From contig OY762825.2 in assembly GCA_963666425.2 (NCBI GenBank), forward strand, positions 1,664,001 to 1,728,000: a DNA stretch of 64,000 nucleotides, in the 5' to 3' direction. The notes beneath the pieces are model-generated. The model was not told where the DNA came from and did no database searches. It saw only the letters and a program-made list of their open reading frames with translations. Origin of the DNA: Bacillota bacterium (GTDB lineage: Bacteria > Bacillota > JAAYKD01). The translations under genes were made by a program, and so were the position numbers. Position 1 is the first letter of the stretch; the number at the start of each line of letters is the position of its first letter. Positions 40,862 through 51,000 of the stretch are shown here, piece by piece.

Positions 40862-41848
40862 ATGAAATATCAAACCCCAGCCAATTTTTCTGGTTGTCTG
40901 CTTGCGACACAAAAAGGGGAAACACTGGCAGCGGCAAGCTTTGGCTATATGGATTTGGCGAATAAAATGCCAAATCGGATTGATACCCGCTTTGCTACCG
41001 CTTCAGCAGGTAAGATATTTGTCGCCGTCGCAATTTTACAGCTGATAGAAGCCGGTAAGCTGCGATTCGACAGTCCAATTGGAGAGTATCTTCATTTTGA
41101 TCTGCACGCGATTGACCGCGTAATCACAGTAGAGCAGCTGCTTACGCACACATCCGGTATTCCCGATTACTTCGACGAAAGCGTCATGCAGGATTATGAC
41201 GAGTTGTGGCGTGACTACCCAAATTATAAAATTCGTAAGTCGTCCGATTTGATTCCTTTGTTTATTGATAAACCGATGATCTATCCCCGCGGTGAGAAAT
41301 TTCAATATAATAACACCGGCTTTGTAGTTCTTGGCTTAATCATAGAGGAGCTTACAGGTGTTTTATTTGATGAATACCTGCAAAAAGCAGTTTTTCAACC
41401 GTGTGAAATGCTGGATACCGGTTATTTTGCACTGGATCGGCTTCCGGAGCGCTGTGCAAATTCTTACATCTGTGACGAGCAAAATGGTAATTATCATACC
41501 AACATTTATAGTGTTGATGTCAAAGGGACCGGTGCGGGCGGAGCATTCACCACGGTTTGGGATATCAATCGCTTTTGGAGTGCCTTGTTGACTTTTCGAT
41601 TACTTTCTGCACCAATGACCAAAAAAATGCTCGTTCCTCACGCGGGCAGCGGTAAAGCACAGTATGGCTTGGGTGTTTGGCTGGATCAAACGGCAGCAGG
41701 CAGCTTTACACCGCATATAGAAGGCAGTGATCCGGGTGTCAGTTTCATTTCGAGTTATGATCTTGATAGGGAACTCTGCGTAACGGTTGTCAGCAATTTT
41801 GGACATAATGTATGGCGGCTGCAAAAAGAAATATTCAATTCTATTTAA
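40862..41848 (+). CDS. Serine hydrolase, beta-lactamase/AmpC-like family
   Basis: SAGK (SxxK), LLTHTSG and YNN motifs. Confidence 0.9.
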   Translation: MKYQTPANFSGCLLATQKGETLAAASFGYMDLANKMPNRIDTRFATASAGKIFVAVAILQLIEAGKLRFDSPIGEYLHFDLHAIDRVITVEQLLTHTSGIPDYFDESVMQDYDELWRDYPNYKIRKSSDLIPLFIDKPMIYPRGEKFQYNNTGFVVLGLIIEELTGVLFDEYLQKAVFQPCEMLDTGYFALDRLPERCANSYICDEQNGNYHTNIYSVDVKGTGAGGAFTTVWDINRFWSALLTFRLLSAPMTKKMLVPHAGSGKAQYGLGVWLDQTAAGSFTPHIEGSDPGVSFISSYDLDRELCVTVVSNFGHNVWRLQKEIFNSI

Positions 41849-41956
41849 AGCTGAGTAACCGAATGCGCGGCGGTTTTGGATGCGCCTAGATGGATAGATG
41901 ATAACCCATTCAGTATTATTCTTTGCTCCCTTGAGACTCGCTCAAACGGTGTACTC

Positions 41957-42005
41957 GATCTTTGCCAGGCAGGCTGACACAAGCTGCCTGGCAAAGATCT
42001 TTTTT
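41957..42005 (+). terminator. Intrinsic terminator
   Basis: 16-bp stem GATCTTTGCCAGGCAG/CTGCCTGGCAAAGATC followed by T6. Confidence 0.85.
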
Positions 42006-42162
42006 GTGGAATTTCAGAAAACCACCGTGATATGCGGCCAATCGGCTTTTTTGCTACTATTTCCTGAAAATAGGCCAAAATAACCCTTGTAAATGATTTT
42101 AAATGGATATATGCTGGTTTTGAGGATATCCTTTAGAATAAAACAGAGGAGATGGATGGAGT

Positions 42163-43152
42163 ATGAATCGGGAAAAAATCGCAGAATTGGAGCAGATAAT
42201 CAGGAACGACTACAGCAATATTGCGGGTATGCTTGTACAGAAAAACAACAAAACGGTATATGAGCAGTATTTCAACGGATACACTGCAGAGCGTGCTCTT
42301 CATGTGTTTTCGGTGACGAAGAGTGTTGTCAATCTGCTGATCGGTATTGCCATCGATCAGGGATATCTCAAAAGCGTTGACCAAAAAGTGTTGGACTTTT
42401 TTCCGGATTACACGCTGAAACGCGGCGAAAAAACTGCGCAGCGCGTCACGATCCGGGATATTCTGACGATGAGCGCACCCTATAAATATAAATCGGCGCC
42501 CTACACAAAGTATTTTACGAGCGAAAGCTGGGTCAAAGCAGCGCTGGACTTATTGGGCGGTAAGGGAGAGATCGGTAAATTCCGTTACACGCCTCTGATC
42601 GGACCGGATATCCTGACGGGTATTCTGGCAAAAGCAACCGGTCGCTCCACGCTTGATTTTGCCCGTGAAAATGTGTTCGCACCGCTTGGCATTCAGGCTG
42701 ACCGCAATATCGTCTTTCAAAGCAAGGAAGAACAGCTGGCCCTGATGACGAAGGAAAATCATCTTTGCGGCTGGGTCGCTGATCCGCAGGGAATCAATAC
42801 AGCGGGTTGGGGCCTTTTTCTCAAAGCAGCGGAGATGGCGAAGATCGGCCAGTTGTACCTAAATCGCGGAGCATGGCAGGGCAGACAGCTGGTATCCGCC
42901 GAATGGATCAACGAGAGCACACAAGAACACAGCCGTTGGGAAGAGTTGGGGCTCAAATACGGCTATTTGTGGTGGATCATTGATGAAGAAGAACACAGCT
43001 TTGCGGCTTTGGGGGATGGCGGCAACGTGATTTATGTCAATCCGGCCAAGAATTTGGTTGTTGCCATCGCAGCTTTATTCGTGCCGCGTCCAAAGGACAG
43101 CGTAATGCTGATCAGAAAAATAGTGGAACCGATGTTTGAAAATCAGGACTGA
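42163..43152 (+). CDS. Serine hydrolase, beta-lactamase-like (NylB-like) family
   Basis: FSVTKS (SxxK), ILTMSA, MAKIGQLYLNRG and YGYLWW. Confidence 0.9.
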   Translation: MNREKIAELEQIIRNDYSNIAGMLVQKNNKTVYEQYFNGYTAERALHVFSVTKSVVNLLIGIAIDQGYLKSVDQKVLDFFPDYTLKRGEKTAQRVTIRDILTMSAPYKYKSAPYTKYFTSESWVKAALDLLGGKGEIGKFRYTPLIGPDILTGILAKATGRSTLDFARENVFAPLGIQADRNIVFQSKEEQLALMTKENHLCGWVADPQGINTAGWGLFLKAAEMAKIGQLYLNRGAWQGRQLVSAEWINESTQEHSRWEELGLKYGYLWWIIDEEEHSFAALGDGGNVIYVNPAKNLVVAIAALFVPRPKDSVMLIRKIVEPMFENQD

Positions 43153-43243
43153 AGCAGACTGAGTTACCGTGGCACACTTTGGGGATCCGTTCAGCTACGC
43201 GACGATAATTCTTTTTAATTTTGGGACAAAAGGAAGGCAAAGA

Positions 43244-43295
43244 AAATATTCGTCGTATATTTGCAAGTGATTCAACAAATATTCGTTGCATTTTT
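43244..43295 (+). repeat. Imperfect direct repeat with 33-bp period upstream of the second AAA ATPase
   Basis: AAATATTCGTCGTATATTT (43244) and AAATATTCGTTGCATTTTT (43277): 16/19 identical, first 10 perfect. Confidence 0.65.
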
Positions 43296-43343
43296 TGTTG
43301 CTGCGTGCCATGATAGAATCAGATCAATTACGGAGGTGTATTT

Positions 43344-44648
43344 ATGTATCGGTACGCATTGGATGAACTCTATCGATGGAAAGAAAGCAAATATCGCAAA
43401 CCGCTCGTTCTTGAAGGAGCGAGGTAGGTGGGTAAGACTTGGCTCATGAAAGAATTCGGAGCAAAGGCTTATACCGATACCATTTACATCAACTTTGATT
43501 CGAACAGCCAGATGGCCGATCTTTTCTCAGCGGATCTCAAAGCAGAACGGCTTATGCTCGGCCTGGAACTTTTTGCGGGCAGAAAAATCAATCCCGGCAA
43601 TACACTGATCATTTTTGATGAAGTCCAAGAGGTTCCCAAGGCGCTAACCAGTTTAAAATACTTCTACGAAGACGCTCCGCAATATCATATTGTCTGTGCA
43701 GGCTCACTTTTAGGAATTGCCTTGCATGGCGGTACCTCTTTCCCGGTTGGGAAAGTAGATTTTTTAAAATTATATCCATTATCCTTTAAAGAGTTTTTGA
43801 TTGCGACCGGCAATAAGCGTTTTGTCGAGTTGCTTGAAAAACAAGATTATCCAATGATTACAAGCTTCAGGCAGGTATTCATCGATGCGCTCAAGCAGTA
43901 TTATTTTATCGGTGGAATGCCGGAGGCTGTGCTGCATTTTAGCGAGAACAAAGATTTCAATGAGGTTCGCAGGATTCAAATGCGAATTTTGGCAGCTTAC
44001 GAGCAGGATTTTTCCAAGCATGCTCCGAATGAAATCGTGCCAAAAATCCGCATGCTTTGGAACAGTATCCCCTCACAACTAGCAAAAGAAAACAAGAAAT
44101 TTATTTATGGGCTTGTTCGTGACGGTGCTCGGGCAAAGGAATACGAAACTGCCATGCTGTGGTTGATAGATTGTGGACTTATTCACAAAGTCTGCCGTGT
44201 CAATACCCCTCATCTGCCCTTAAAAGCTTATGAGGATTTAAAAGCATTTAAACTGTTTGTGGTCGATGTCGGGTTGCTCTCCTGTATGACTGGGCTGCAT
44301 CAACGAATCCTGCTTGACGGGAATGACCTTTTCGTGGAATTCAAAGAGGCATTGAGCGAGCAATATGTGCTGCAGCAGCTTGTTGCGATGCTGAATATTT
44401 CCATCTATTATTATACGAATGATAGAAATTCCTCTGAGATTGATTTTATGATTGACGATGGTGAACACATCATACCGATTGAAGTAAAAGCAGAAGTCAA
44501 CCTCATGGCAAAGAGCCTCAAAACATATAAAGAGAAATTCAACCCAGAGCTTTCCGTGAGGACTTCAATGGCGGATTATAAAAAGCGAGAGTGGCTGGTT
44601 AATTTGCCACTCTATGCTGTCTTTGAGGTTGGAAAGCTCTATGACTGA
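43344..44648 (+). pseudogene. AAA_14/DUF4143-type ATPase interrupted by an in-frame TAG in Walker A
   Basis: GGAGG RBS and ATG 43344 give MYRYALDELYRWKESKYRKPLVLEGAR-TAG(43425-43427)-VGKTWLMKEFG; the rest is intact (IFDEVQ, EIDFM...IPIEVK). Confidence 0.88.
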
Positions 44649-44682
44649 GGTGTCTGAGACGGACGATTAAGGAGAAACACGC

Positions 44683-45162
44683 ACGCCAAAACTCGAAATT
44701 ACCAACATGGATATGGTGCAAGATAAGACAACAGGTAAAGTAAATCGTTCAGGATAGGATCAAAAACTGGTGCGTTTGGCTTCCCCCGGTGGTCACGCTG
44801 AAAACGGAGAAAGTATTTACGACAGCGCTGTGCGTGAAATCAAAGAAGAAACCGGGTTAACCATCCAAAATTTTAAATCCTGTGGTTTGATCTACTGGTT
44901 CAACAATAAAACCGAGGATCGCTATTTTGTTCATTTATATCGTACGACCGATTATATTGGTGAACTGATCGAGGTCACCGAGGAAGGCAGAGTGTTCTGG
45001 TTGAGTCTCGATGATCTTGTTAAGAGGAAGCTTGCTCCTAATTTCAAAGAGTATCTGACGATTATTCTGGAAAACAAGAATTCGGAAGCGTATTGTTCCT
45101 GGAATGACGATATGCTGGTTAATCTGATAGAGGACAATCCCTGGGGGATTATTTACAGATAA
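44683..45162 (+). pseudogene. Decayed duplicate of the Nudix gene at 40311
   Basis: Same AAGGAGAAACACG leader, but the start is ACG, with a +1 and a -1 frameshift and a TAG near the 5' end; the 3' two thirds are nearly identical to copy 1. Confidence 0.88.
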
Positions 45163-45266
45163 TAGCCAAGGGAATTCGGATGGTGGATTTCGCAGCGAGT
45201 GATGTGTCTTTGGTTTGCTTACAACTTAGTGCGGGAAATACAGGTAGGTTCGAAAAAATCAAATAA

Positions 45267-45340
45267 CCGGATCCGAATGTTTTACCAACAGACCAACAGC
45301 GCAGCGATTGATTACGATGCCGGTACCTTCAAAATCAATC
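45267..45340 (+). pseudogene. Remnant of the 3' end of the dehydratase gene
   Basis: Encodes RIRMFYQQTNSAAIDYDAGTFKIN versus QIRTLYPQANIVPIDYDAGATKVN at 35406-35477; 53/74 nt identical by manual ungapped alignment. Confidence 0.75.
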
Positions 45341-45393
45341 GGAATATGAGATGATTTTTCTGTCACAGTATTTTTTTCACAATTCAACGATAT

Positions 45394-45443
45394 AAAAACA
45401 GAGTCTGGTATCTGCTTTTTGCAGTTATCGGACTCTGTTTTTT
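45394..45443. terminator. Bidirectional terminator
   Basis: AAAAACAGAGTCTG...CGGACTCTGTTTTTT stem with A and T tracts on both sides. Confidence 0.75.
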
Positions 45444-45559
45444 AAGCTGTTTTGTTACAGTCGTATGAAGCGGTATTTACGGAATAAATGATTCAAAAAG
45501 CCTTTATCAATCGATGCGTTAGCGTGACAAAACCAAACCTGCCTAATTTACAGAACCTT

Positions 45560-46180
45560 CTATTTGATAATTGACTCAGTGCGGTATCTTGCTAAGAAGG
45601 TTGCAATAATTTCATCCAACATTGGTTTCACCCTTTCTTTATCAATACCATTGGAAAAAAGAGCTGGATAAGTGATCGCTCCTTCCACCAGGGCATAGAA
45701 TACTCGGGCTGTGAGGATTAAATTATCTGTTTTAATTTTATGATCTTTTTCTGCTTCCTTAAGCCAATCAAGCAGCATATCATAAACCGGAGGGTATTTT
45801 GTTACGGTTTCTCTGGCATAATTAATGTCCTTGAGAAAAACGCCGGTCAAAAATCGAGATAGTCCTAATCGCTCAGGTGAATCAATCAGGAAGATTTCCG
45901 CATTCGCAAATGCCAATAATTGTTCTTCCAATGAATTTTTTGAATTGTATGTGATAGTTTTCAAACTTTGGCGTTGAGCTAAGAAATCATTCACAATTGC
46001 CTGGAATAGATTCTCCTTGCTGCCAAAATGATTATAGACAGTACGTTTAGAGACTCCGGCTGTTTCTGCAATTTTATCCATGCTTGCCAGTTCATAACCC
46101 ATACTGATAAAGACATCGACGGCACCTTCCAGAATCGTTGCCCGTTTTTTGCTTTTGTCCCGACTTTTCGGTTGTATCAT
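45560..46180 (-). CDS. TetR/AcrR family transcriptional regulator
   Basis: GYELASMDKIAETAGVSKRTVYNHFGSKENLF HTH. Confidence 0.95.
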   Translation of the reverse strand: MIQPKSRDKSKKRATILEGAVDVFISMGYELASMDKIAETAGVSKRTVYNHFGSKENLFQAIVNDFLAQRQSLKTITYNSKNSLEEQLLAFANAEIFLIDSPERLGLSRFLTGVFLKDINYARETVTKYPPVYDMLLDWLKEAEKDHKIKTDNLILTARVFYALVEGAITYPALFSNGIDKERVKPMLDEIIATFLARYRTESIIK

Positions 46181-46207
46181 TTCAATAACTCCTTGTAACT
46201 TTTTGTA

Positions 46208-46270
46208 AATTACACCAATAAGTGTAATTAGGTGTTGACTCCCAATTAATTATACTATATAGTGTAATTA
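46208..46270. promoter_or_regulatory. Two TetR-type operators and a SigA promoter in the divergent region
   Basis: AATTACAC-N6-GTGTAATT (46208-46229) and TAATTATACTATATAGTGTAATTA (46247-46270); TTGACT (46235)-17 bp-TATAGT (46258). Confidence 0.8.
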
Positions 46271-46314
46271 AAGGCAAGCGAAAATACAGCAGAGAAAATT
46301 TAGGAGGGATTGGT

Positions 46315-47235
46315 ATCAAAGCAGTTGTATGCACCAAATATGGACCACCGGAAGTTCTTCAACTCAAAGAGGTTGAAAAACCGATGCCCGGTGAAAATGA
46401 GATTTGTATCAAGGTTTTTGCGACAGCAGTTACTGCCAGTGACTGCATCATTCGTGGATTTAAAGTTGCCATCCAGTTCTGGTTACCGATGGCGGCAGCA
46501 ATTGGTTTTCATAAACCAAGAAAATCCATACTTGGAATGGTATTTGCCGGAGAAATCGAATCTGTCGGTGATAATATCAAATCATTTCAAAAAGGGGATC
46601 AGGTTTACGGCTTCGATCGGTTCGGCTTTGGTGCATATGCAGAGTATAAGTGTATCGCAGAAGAAGGTTTGTTGGTAAAAAAACCGGTTACTGTTTCGTA
46701 TGAAGAAGCCGCAGCGGTTCCTTTTGGTGGCTTGTTGGCACTATTTTACCTGAAAATAGCAAAGATAGAAAGTGGTCAAAAGGTTCTTATTTACGGTGCT
46801 TCGGGTGCAATTGGTACTTCTGCCGTACAGCTTGCCAAATATTTCGGGGCGGAAGTTACAGGAGTATGCAGCACGACGAATTTGGAACTGGTAAAATCCT
46901 TAGGTGCAGATAAAGTCATTGACTACACCAAAGAAGACTTTACAGCCGGAAAAGAGCGGTTTGATCTGATCTTCAATTCTGTTGGCAAAAAGAAAGTCAA
47001 ATTACAATGCAAAAAATCACTGACTCAAAATGGCAAGCACATCACCGTCGATGATGGTTCGCCGACACTTCAGATGGCAGATTTAGTCTTTCTCAATGAA
47101 CTCCTTGGTGAAGGAAAGCTGAAACCGGTGATCGATCGATGCTATTCGCTGGAGCAAATTGTGGAAGCTCATCGCTACGTAGAAAAAGGGCATAAAAAGG
47201 GCAATGTCATTATCACGATGTGTCATAACAATTAG
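46315..47235 (+). CDS. NAD(P)-dependent MDR-family oxidoreductase (alcohol dehydrogenase/quinone reductase-like); expected start codon reads ATC
   Basis: AGGAGG RBS then ATC AAA GCA...= (I)KAVVCTKYGPPEVLQLKEVEKP in frame with the track ORF at 46384; VLIYGASGAIG, GADKVIDY and HKKGNVII. Confidence 0.85.
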   Translation: MKAVVCTKYGPPEVLQLKEVEKPMPGENEICIKVFATAVTASDCIIRGFKVAIQFWLPMAAAIGFHKPRKSILGMVFAGEIESVGDNIKSFQKGDQVYGFDRFGFGAYAEYKCIAEEGLLVKKPVTVSYEEAAAVPFGGLLALFYLKIAKIESGQKVLIYGASGAIGTSAVQLAKYFGAEVTGVCSTTNLELVKSLGADKVIDYTKEDFTAGKERFDLIFNSVGKKKVKLQCKKSLTQNGKHITVDDGSPTLQMADLVFLNELLGEGKLKPVIDRCYSLEQIVEAHRYVEKGHKKGNVIITMCHNN

Positions 47236-47285
47236 ACAATAAGAATGAATCAATTAAAAAAATTATTTGGAGGTATTTAGGTATT

Positions 47286-47951
47286 ATGGATACAACAACA
47301 AAAAGAGGTTTGTTTCAATTATTAGGCATTACTTTTCTCGTTCAGGCAATAACACCATTAATCGGCGGGTTATTATTCAAGAATTTAGAATCCAGCAGCG
47401 GTATTGCAGCTACCATGAACAATATAACCCAGAATATTTTCACTGTGCAGGCGAGTGTGTTCTTGCAATTTATCGCAGCCATTGTCGTCATCATGCTGGG
47501 TGTGGCAATCTATCAAACATCAGGTCACATCAATAAAACAATGAGTGCAATTGCAGCTCTTCTCTATACATTTGAGGCAATCCTGCTTGCTGTCGGTCAA
47601 GTCTTCATTGTTGGATTGATGAAGGTCAGTGAAGTTTATTCGGCAGGCGGAGATGCTGGACTTCTGAGTCTGGGAAATGTATTATTATCCTGCAGGCATT
47701 TCGCCGGTGAGATTGCGATGTTGCCGTTTGGGATTGGGGCGATCATTTTTTATTATCAATTAGGCAAAGCAAACGTGATACCAAAGTGGTTAATGGTCTG
47801 GGGCTTGGTGACAGCACCTTGTATTTTGATGTATTTCACTTTGGGTTTTTTTGGCATCGTACTGCCGTTTGCACTTTGCCTGCCCTATGTGCCGTTTGAA
47901 TTCTTTACGGGTATCTATATCATCATAAAGTATCGAAAGAAAATGGTCTAG
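47286..47951 (+). CDS. Multi-pass membrane protein (DUF4386-like)
   Basis: About 6 hydrophobic segments, IPKWLMVWG and PFEFFTGIY; downstream of the MDR gene. Confidence 0.65.
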   Translation: MDTTTKRGLFQLLGITFLVQAITPLIGGLLFKNLESSSGIAATMNNITQNIFTVQASVFLQFIAAIVVIMLGVAIYQTSGHINKTMSAIAALLYTFEAILLAVGQVFIVGLMKVSEVYSAGGDAGLLSLGNVLLSCRHFAGEIAMLPFGIGAIIFYYQLGKANVIPKWLMVWGLVTAPCILMYFTLGFFGIVLPFALCLPYVPFEFFTGIYIIIKYRKKMV

Positions 47952-47994
47952 AGATATTAGGAATCATCATTTAGCCGCTAGACTGTACGATTGA

Positions 47995-48031
47995 AAGCAA
48001 CCACCTGATCTGATTGATGGGGTGGTTGCTT
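47995..48031. terminator. Terminator between convergent genes
   Basis: AAGCAACCACC/GGTGGTTGCTT stem. Confidence 0.65.
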
Positions 48032-48035
48032 GATT

Positions 48036-51000
48036 TTATCCCACTACCAATTGATTCGTCTTCTTGAGATACTTTGCCGGGATTGGACGCTCCAGCTGCC
48101 AGGTGATATTCATTGGCCGGCTGCCATTGTGCTGCACGTAATTGGCAAGGCCGAGCAAGCTATAGGGTGCCGTGCCGGCGAGATCTGTCTTGGATTCGCG
48201 AACGAACAGCAACACTTTACTGCCGCGCTCGCGGTGATGGATATAACGCTGACCGGTGGGAGAACTCTCTGAGGTCGTGCTCTGGCTTTGCCAATGAAAT
48301 AAACTTTCATTAATAGAATAATCGTTGTACATCGTCGAGGGAGAATAATGCTTATCTGATTTGTTCAGGGTTACGAGCAGTATATCTATTTGTTTTTCCG
48401 GCAGCCATTTCACTCCTTCACGAATCGTTTTGGGCAGCATAAAATCCAGGGCAACCAACAGCTGATCACGGGTATACACGCAGTGCAGATCCAGTGGGCA
48501 GGCAAAACCCAAATTTAAAGGTTCATCGAGAAAATCGATGCGGTCGTAGTTATACTGCAGCAGTTTCATCAGCTCCGCAAGCATCACAGGGCTATCGGCA
48601 AGTGAGTAAAGATTCTTCAGCACCTCAGCATTGTCCCAATCTTCCACCGCTTCTTGCCAGATGGTAATGTAGAACATTTGCAGCATGCGTTGTTCCCGCT
48701 CCGGCAGTTTGGCAAAATTCACGTCATTCAACCGCGGCAATAGGTCTAGCAGGAAGGTAATCCACCTGCGGGAATCAATGGATACAATCCGGCTGAACGC
48801 TTTTGTCAGCGTCTCCTCGATCGCCTCATCAAAGTTTTCTTTGGCTCCGGCCAGAACGCAAAGGCGGGCGAAGCTGTATTTTACGTAGATTGTGCGGCTG
48901 TCCAGATGGTAATAACCCAGAAAATTTGCTAAATTCAGAGGCAGACCGCTGTCCTCAACAAAATTGGTAAGTTTGCTGATCAACCCCAACTTTGTACTGA
49001 AGGAGCTCTTTATATTTTCTAAAATATAGGCTACGGCTATTTTCTCCAACTGGATGTAACAGCCTTTCGGTGCGGAGAGAAAACCATTTTTCAACTCGTA
49101 CTGCACGCTGTGGTTTGAGTTTGCCAGCAATGCTGCAAATTTCTCTTCAAAGTTATACTTTTTGTTTGCCTGACCGATGAAATCCAGCACGGTCAGGCAT
49201 TCTTTATTTTCTGTAAGGCGCAGGCCGCGGCCAAGCTGCTGCAAAAAGATGGTCAGCGACTCGGTTGGCCGCAAGAACAAGACGGTATTGACTTCCGGGA
49301 TATCTACGCCTTCGTTATAGATGTCCACTACAAAGATGAAACGGATCTCCCCGGCTACCAAGCGTTTTTTCGCCGTATTACGTTCTTCATCTGCAGACTC
49401 ACTCACCAGTGAAATGGACGGCATGCTGTTTTTATTGAAGAACTCCGCCATGAATTTGGCGTGCTCTACCGACACACAGAAGCCCAAGCCTTTCAGGTCA
49501 TGCATGTCTGTTACATACCGTTCCAGAGATTGCAGGATGTTGCCCGCACGGCGTTCCGCCACGAGGCGATTGAGGGAATAAAGGTTGCTCAGTTCAGACT
49601 TATCGTAACCACCGCGCATCCAGCGCAGTTCACTCAGGTCTACGGTGTCTGTTACACCAAAATATTGGAAGGGACACAAGAGTTTACGGTCAATGGCTTC
49701 CGGCAAACGAATTTCCGCCGCAATACGGCCATCGAAATAGTCCAGAATACTCTTACCGTCCATGCGCTCCGGAGTTGCAGTCAAGCCTAATAATATTTTC
49801 GGTTGAAAGTGGCTCAGCAACTTCTGATAGGTTGGTGCAGCGGCGTGGTGGAACTCATCAACAATGATGAAGTCGTAGTAATCCGCAGGCAATTTTTCGC
49901 AGAATTCCTGAGAATTCAGCGTCTGGATGGAGATGAACAGGTGATCGAGACCCTCCGGCTGATAGCTGCCGACAAACAATTCACCGAAATTCGGATCCTT
50001 CAGCACGCCTTGGAAGGTATCCCGGCTCTGGATTAAAATTTCTTCCCGGTGAGCTACAAAGAGCAGCCGATTCGCTTGACCGATGTGATCACGATAGAAA
50101 CGGCGATAATCAAAAGCGGAGATCACTGTTTTGCCCGTGCCCATCGCTGACACCACGAGATTGCGATAAAGATGGCGCACTTCGCGTTCCGCACGGAGTT
50201 TATCCAGAATTTCCTGCTGAAAAGGATAAGGACGAATGTCAAAAAAGAAACGTCGACTTTCTTCAGAACCGAAGCGTTCGGCCTTCAATGCTCCGAGCAG
50301 GCGCTCGCGTTCTTCTTCTTTATATAATTCAAACTCGGTGGAATGCCAATAGTTCTCGAAGGTGGCCGTAATCTTCTCAAGGGTTTCCGGTAAGTCTTTG
50401 GCCGTTAGTTTGATGTTCCACTCCAGGCCACTGGAAATAGCGCTGTTGGAAAGGTTCGATGAACCCACATAAGCTGTGCTGAAGCCGGTGTTACGGTAAA
50501 ACACATAGGTTTTCGCATGCAGTCGGGTCCGTTTGGTGTCATAGGAGATCTTGATCTCCGTATGAGGCAGCTTGCTCAGCTCCTCTACGGCTTTCATGTC
50601 GGTTGCGCCCATGTAAGAAGTAGTGATGATGCGGAGCTCACCGCTACTTCGAGTAAATTCGCGCAGTTCTTCTATAATCAACCGCAGACCACTCCACTTG
50701 ATGAAAGATACCAACAGATCAATCCGATCGGCGGAAAGGATCTCTTTTTTCAATTCGGAGAACATTTGCGGTTCATGCACCGCGCCGGTGAACAGGCTGC
50801 TTTGAGCAATGGATGTTGTTGGCCGATTCAGATCACTTGCTGTTTTGCCCAGTATCAGACGGGGATCATTCTCACCCAATAGCGCAAAAAGCTGCTCTGC
50901 ACGTCCGTCCACAGAGAAAACGGCAAAGTCAGCTTCTTGGGTTTCCTGTTCAATCAGTTTGACAATTCGGTTAGAAAGAGCAACCTGTGAGGCTAGATTT

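Larger units (their letters stand above)
35443..45323. mobile_element. Putative integrated island (no integrase seen) bounded by a duplicated 3' segment of the dehydratase gene
   Basis: Identical 19-mer CGATTGATTACGATGCCGG at 35443-35461 and 45305-45323 within a ~74 bp ungapped similarity; interior carries duplicated and decayed genes. Confidence 0.5.

Noticed and set aside
43425-43427. Genome-wide TAG recoding or pyrrolysine
   Set aside because: Core genes (dnaA, recF, gyrB, mnmE) terminate at TAG at the expected positions; no pyl genes are seen, and the site is a conserved Gln.
35932-47951. Integron-like cassette array
   Set aside because: Many single co-oriented genes, but no recurring attC-like intergenic repeat and no integrase; the hairpins present are unrelated terminators.
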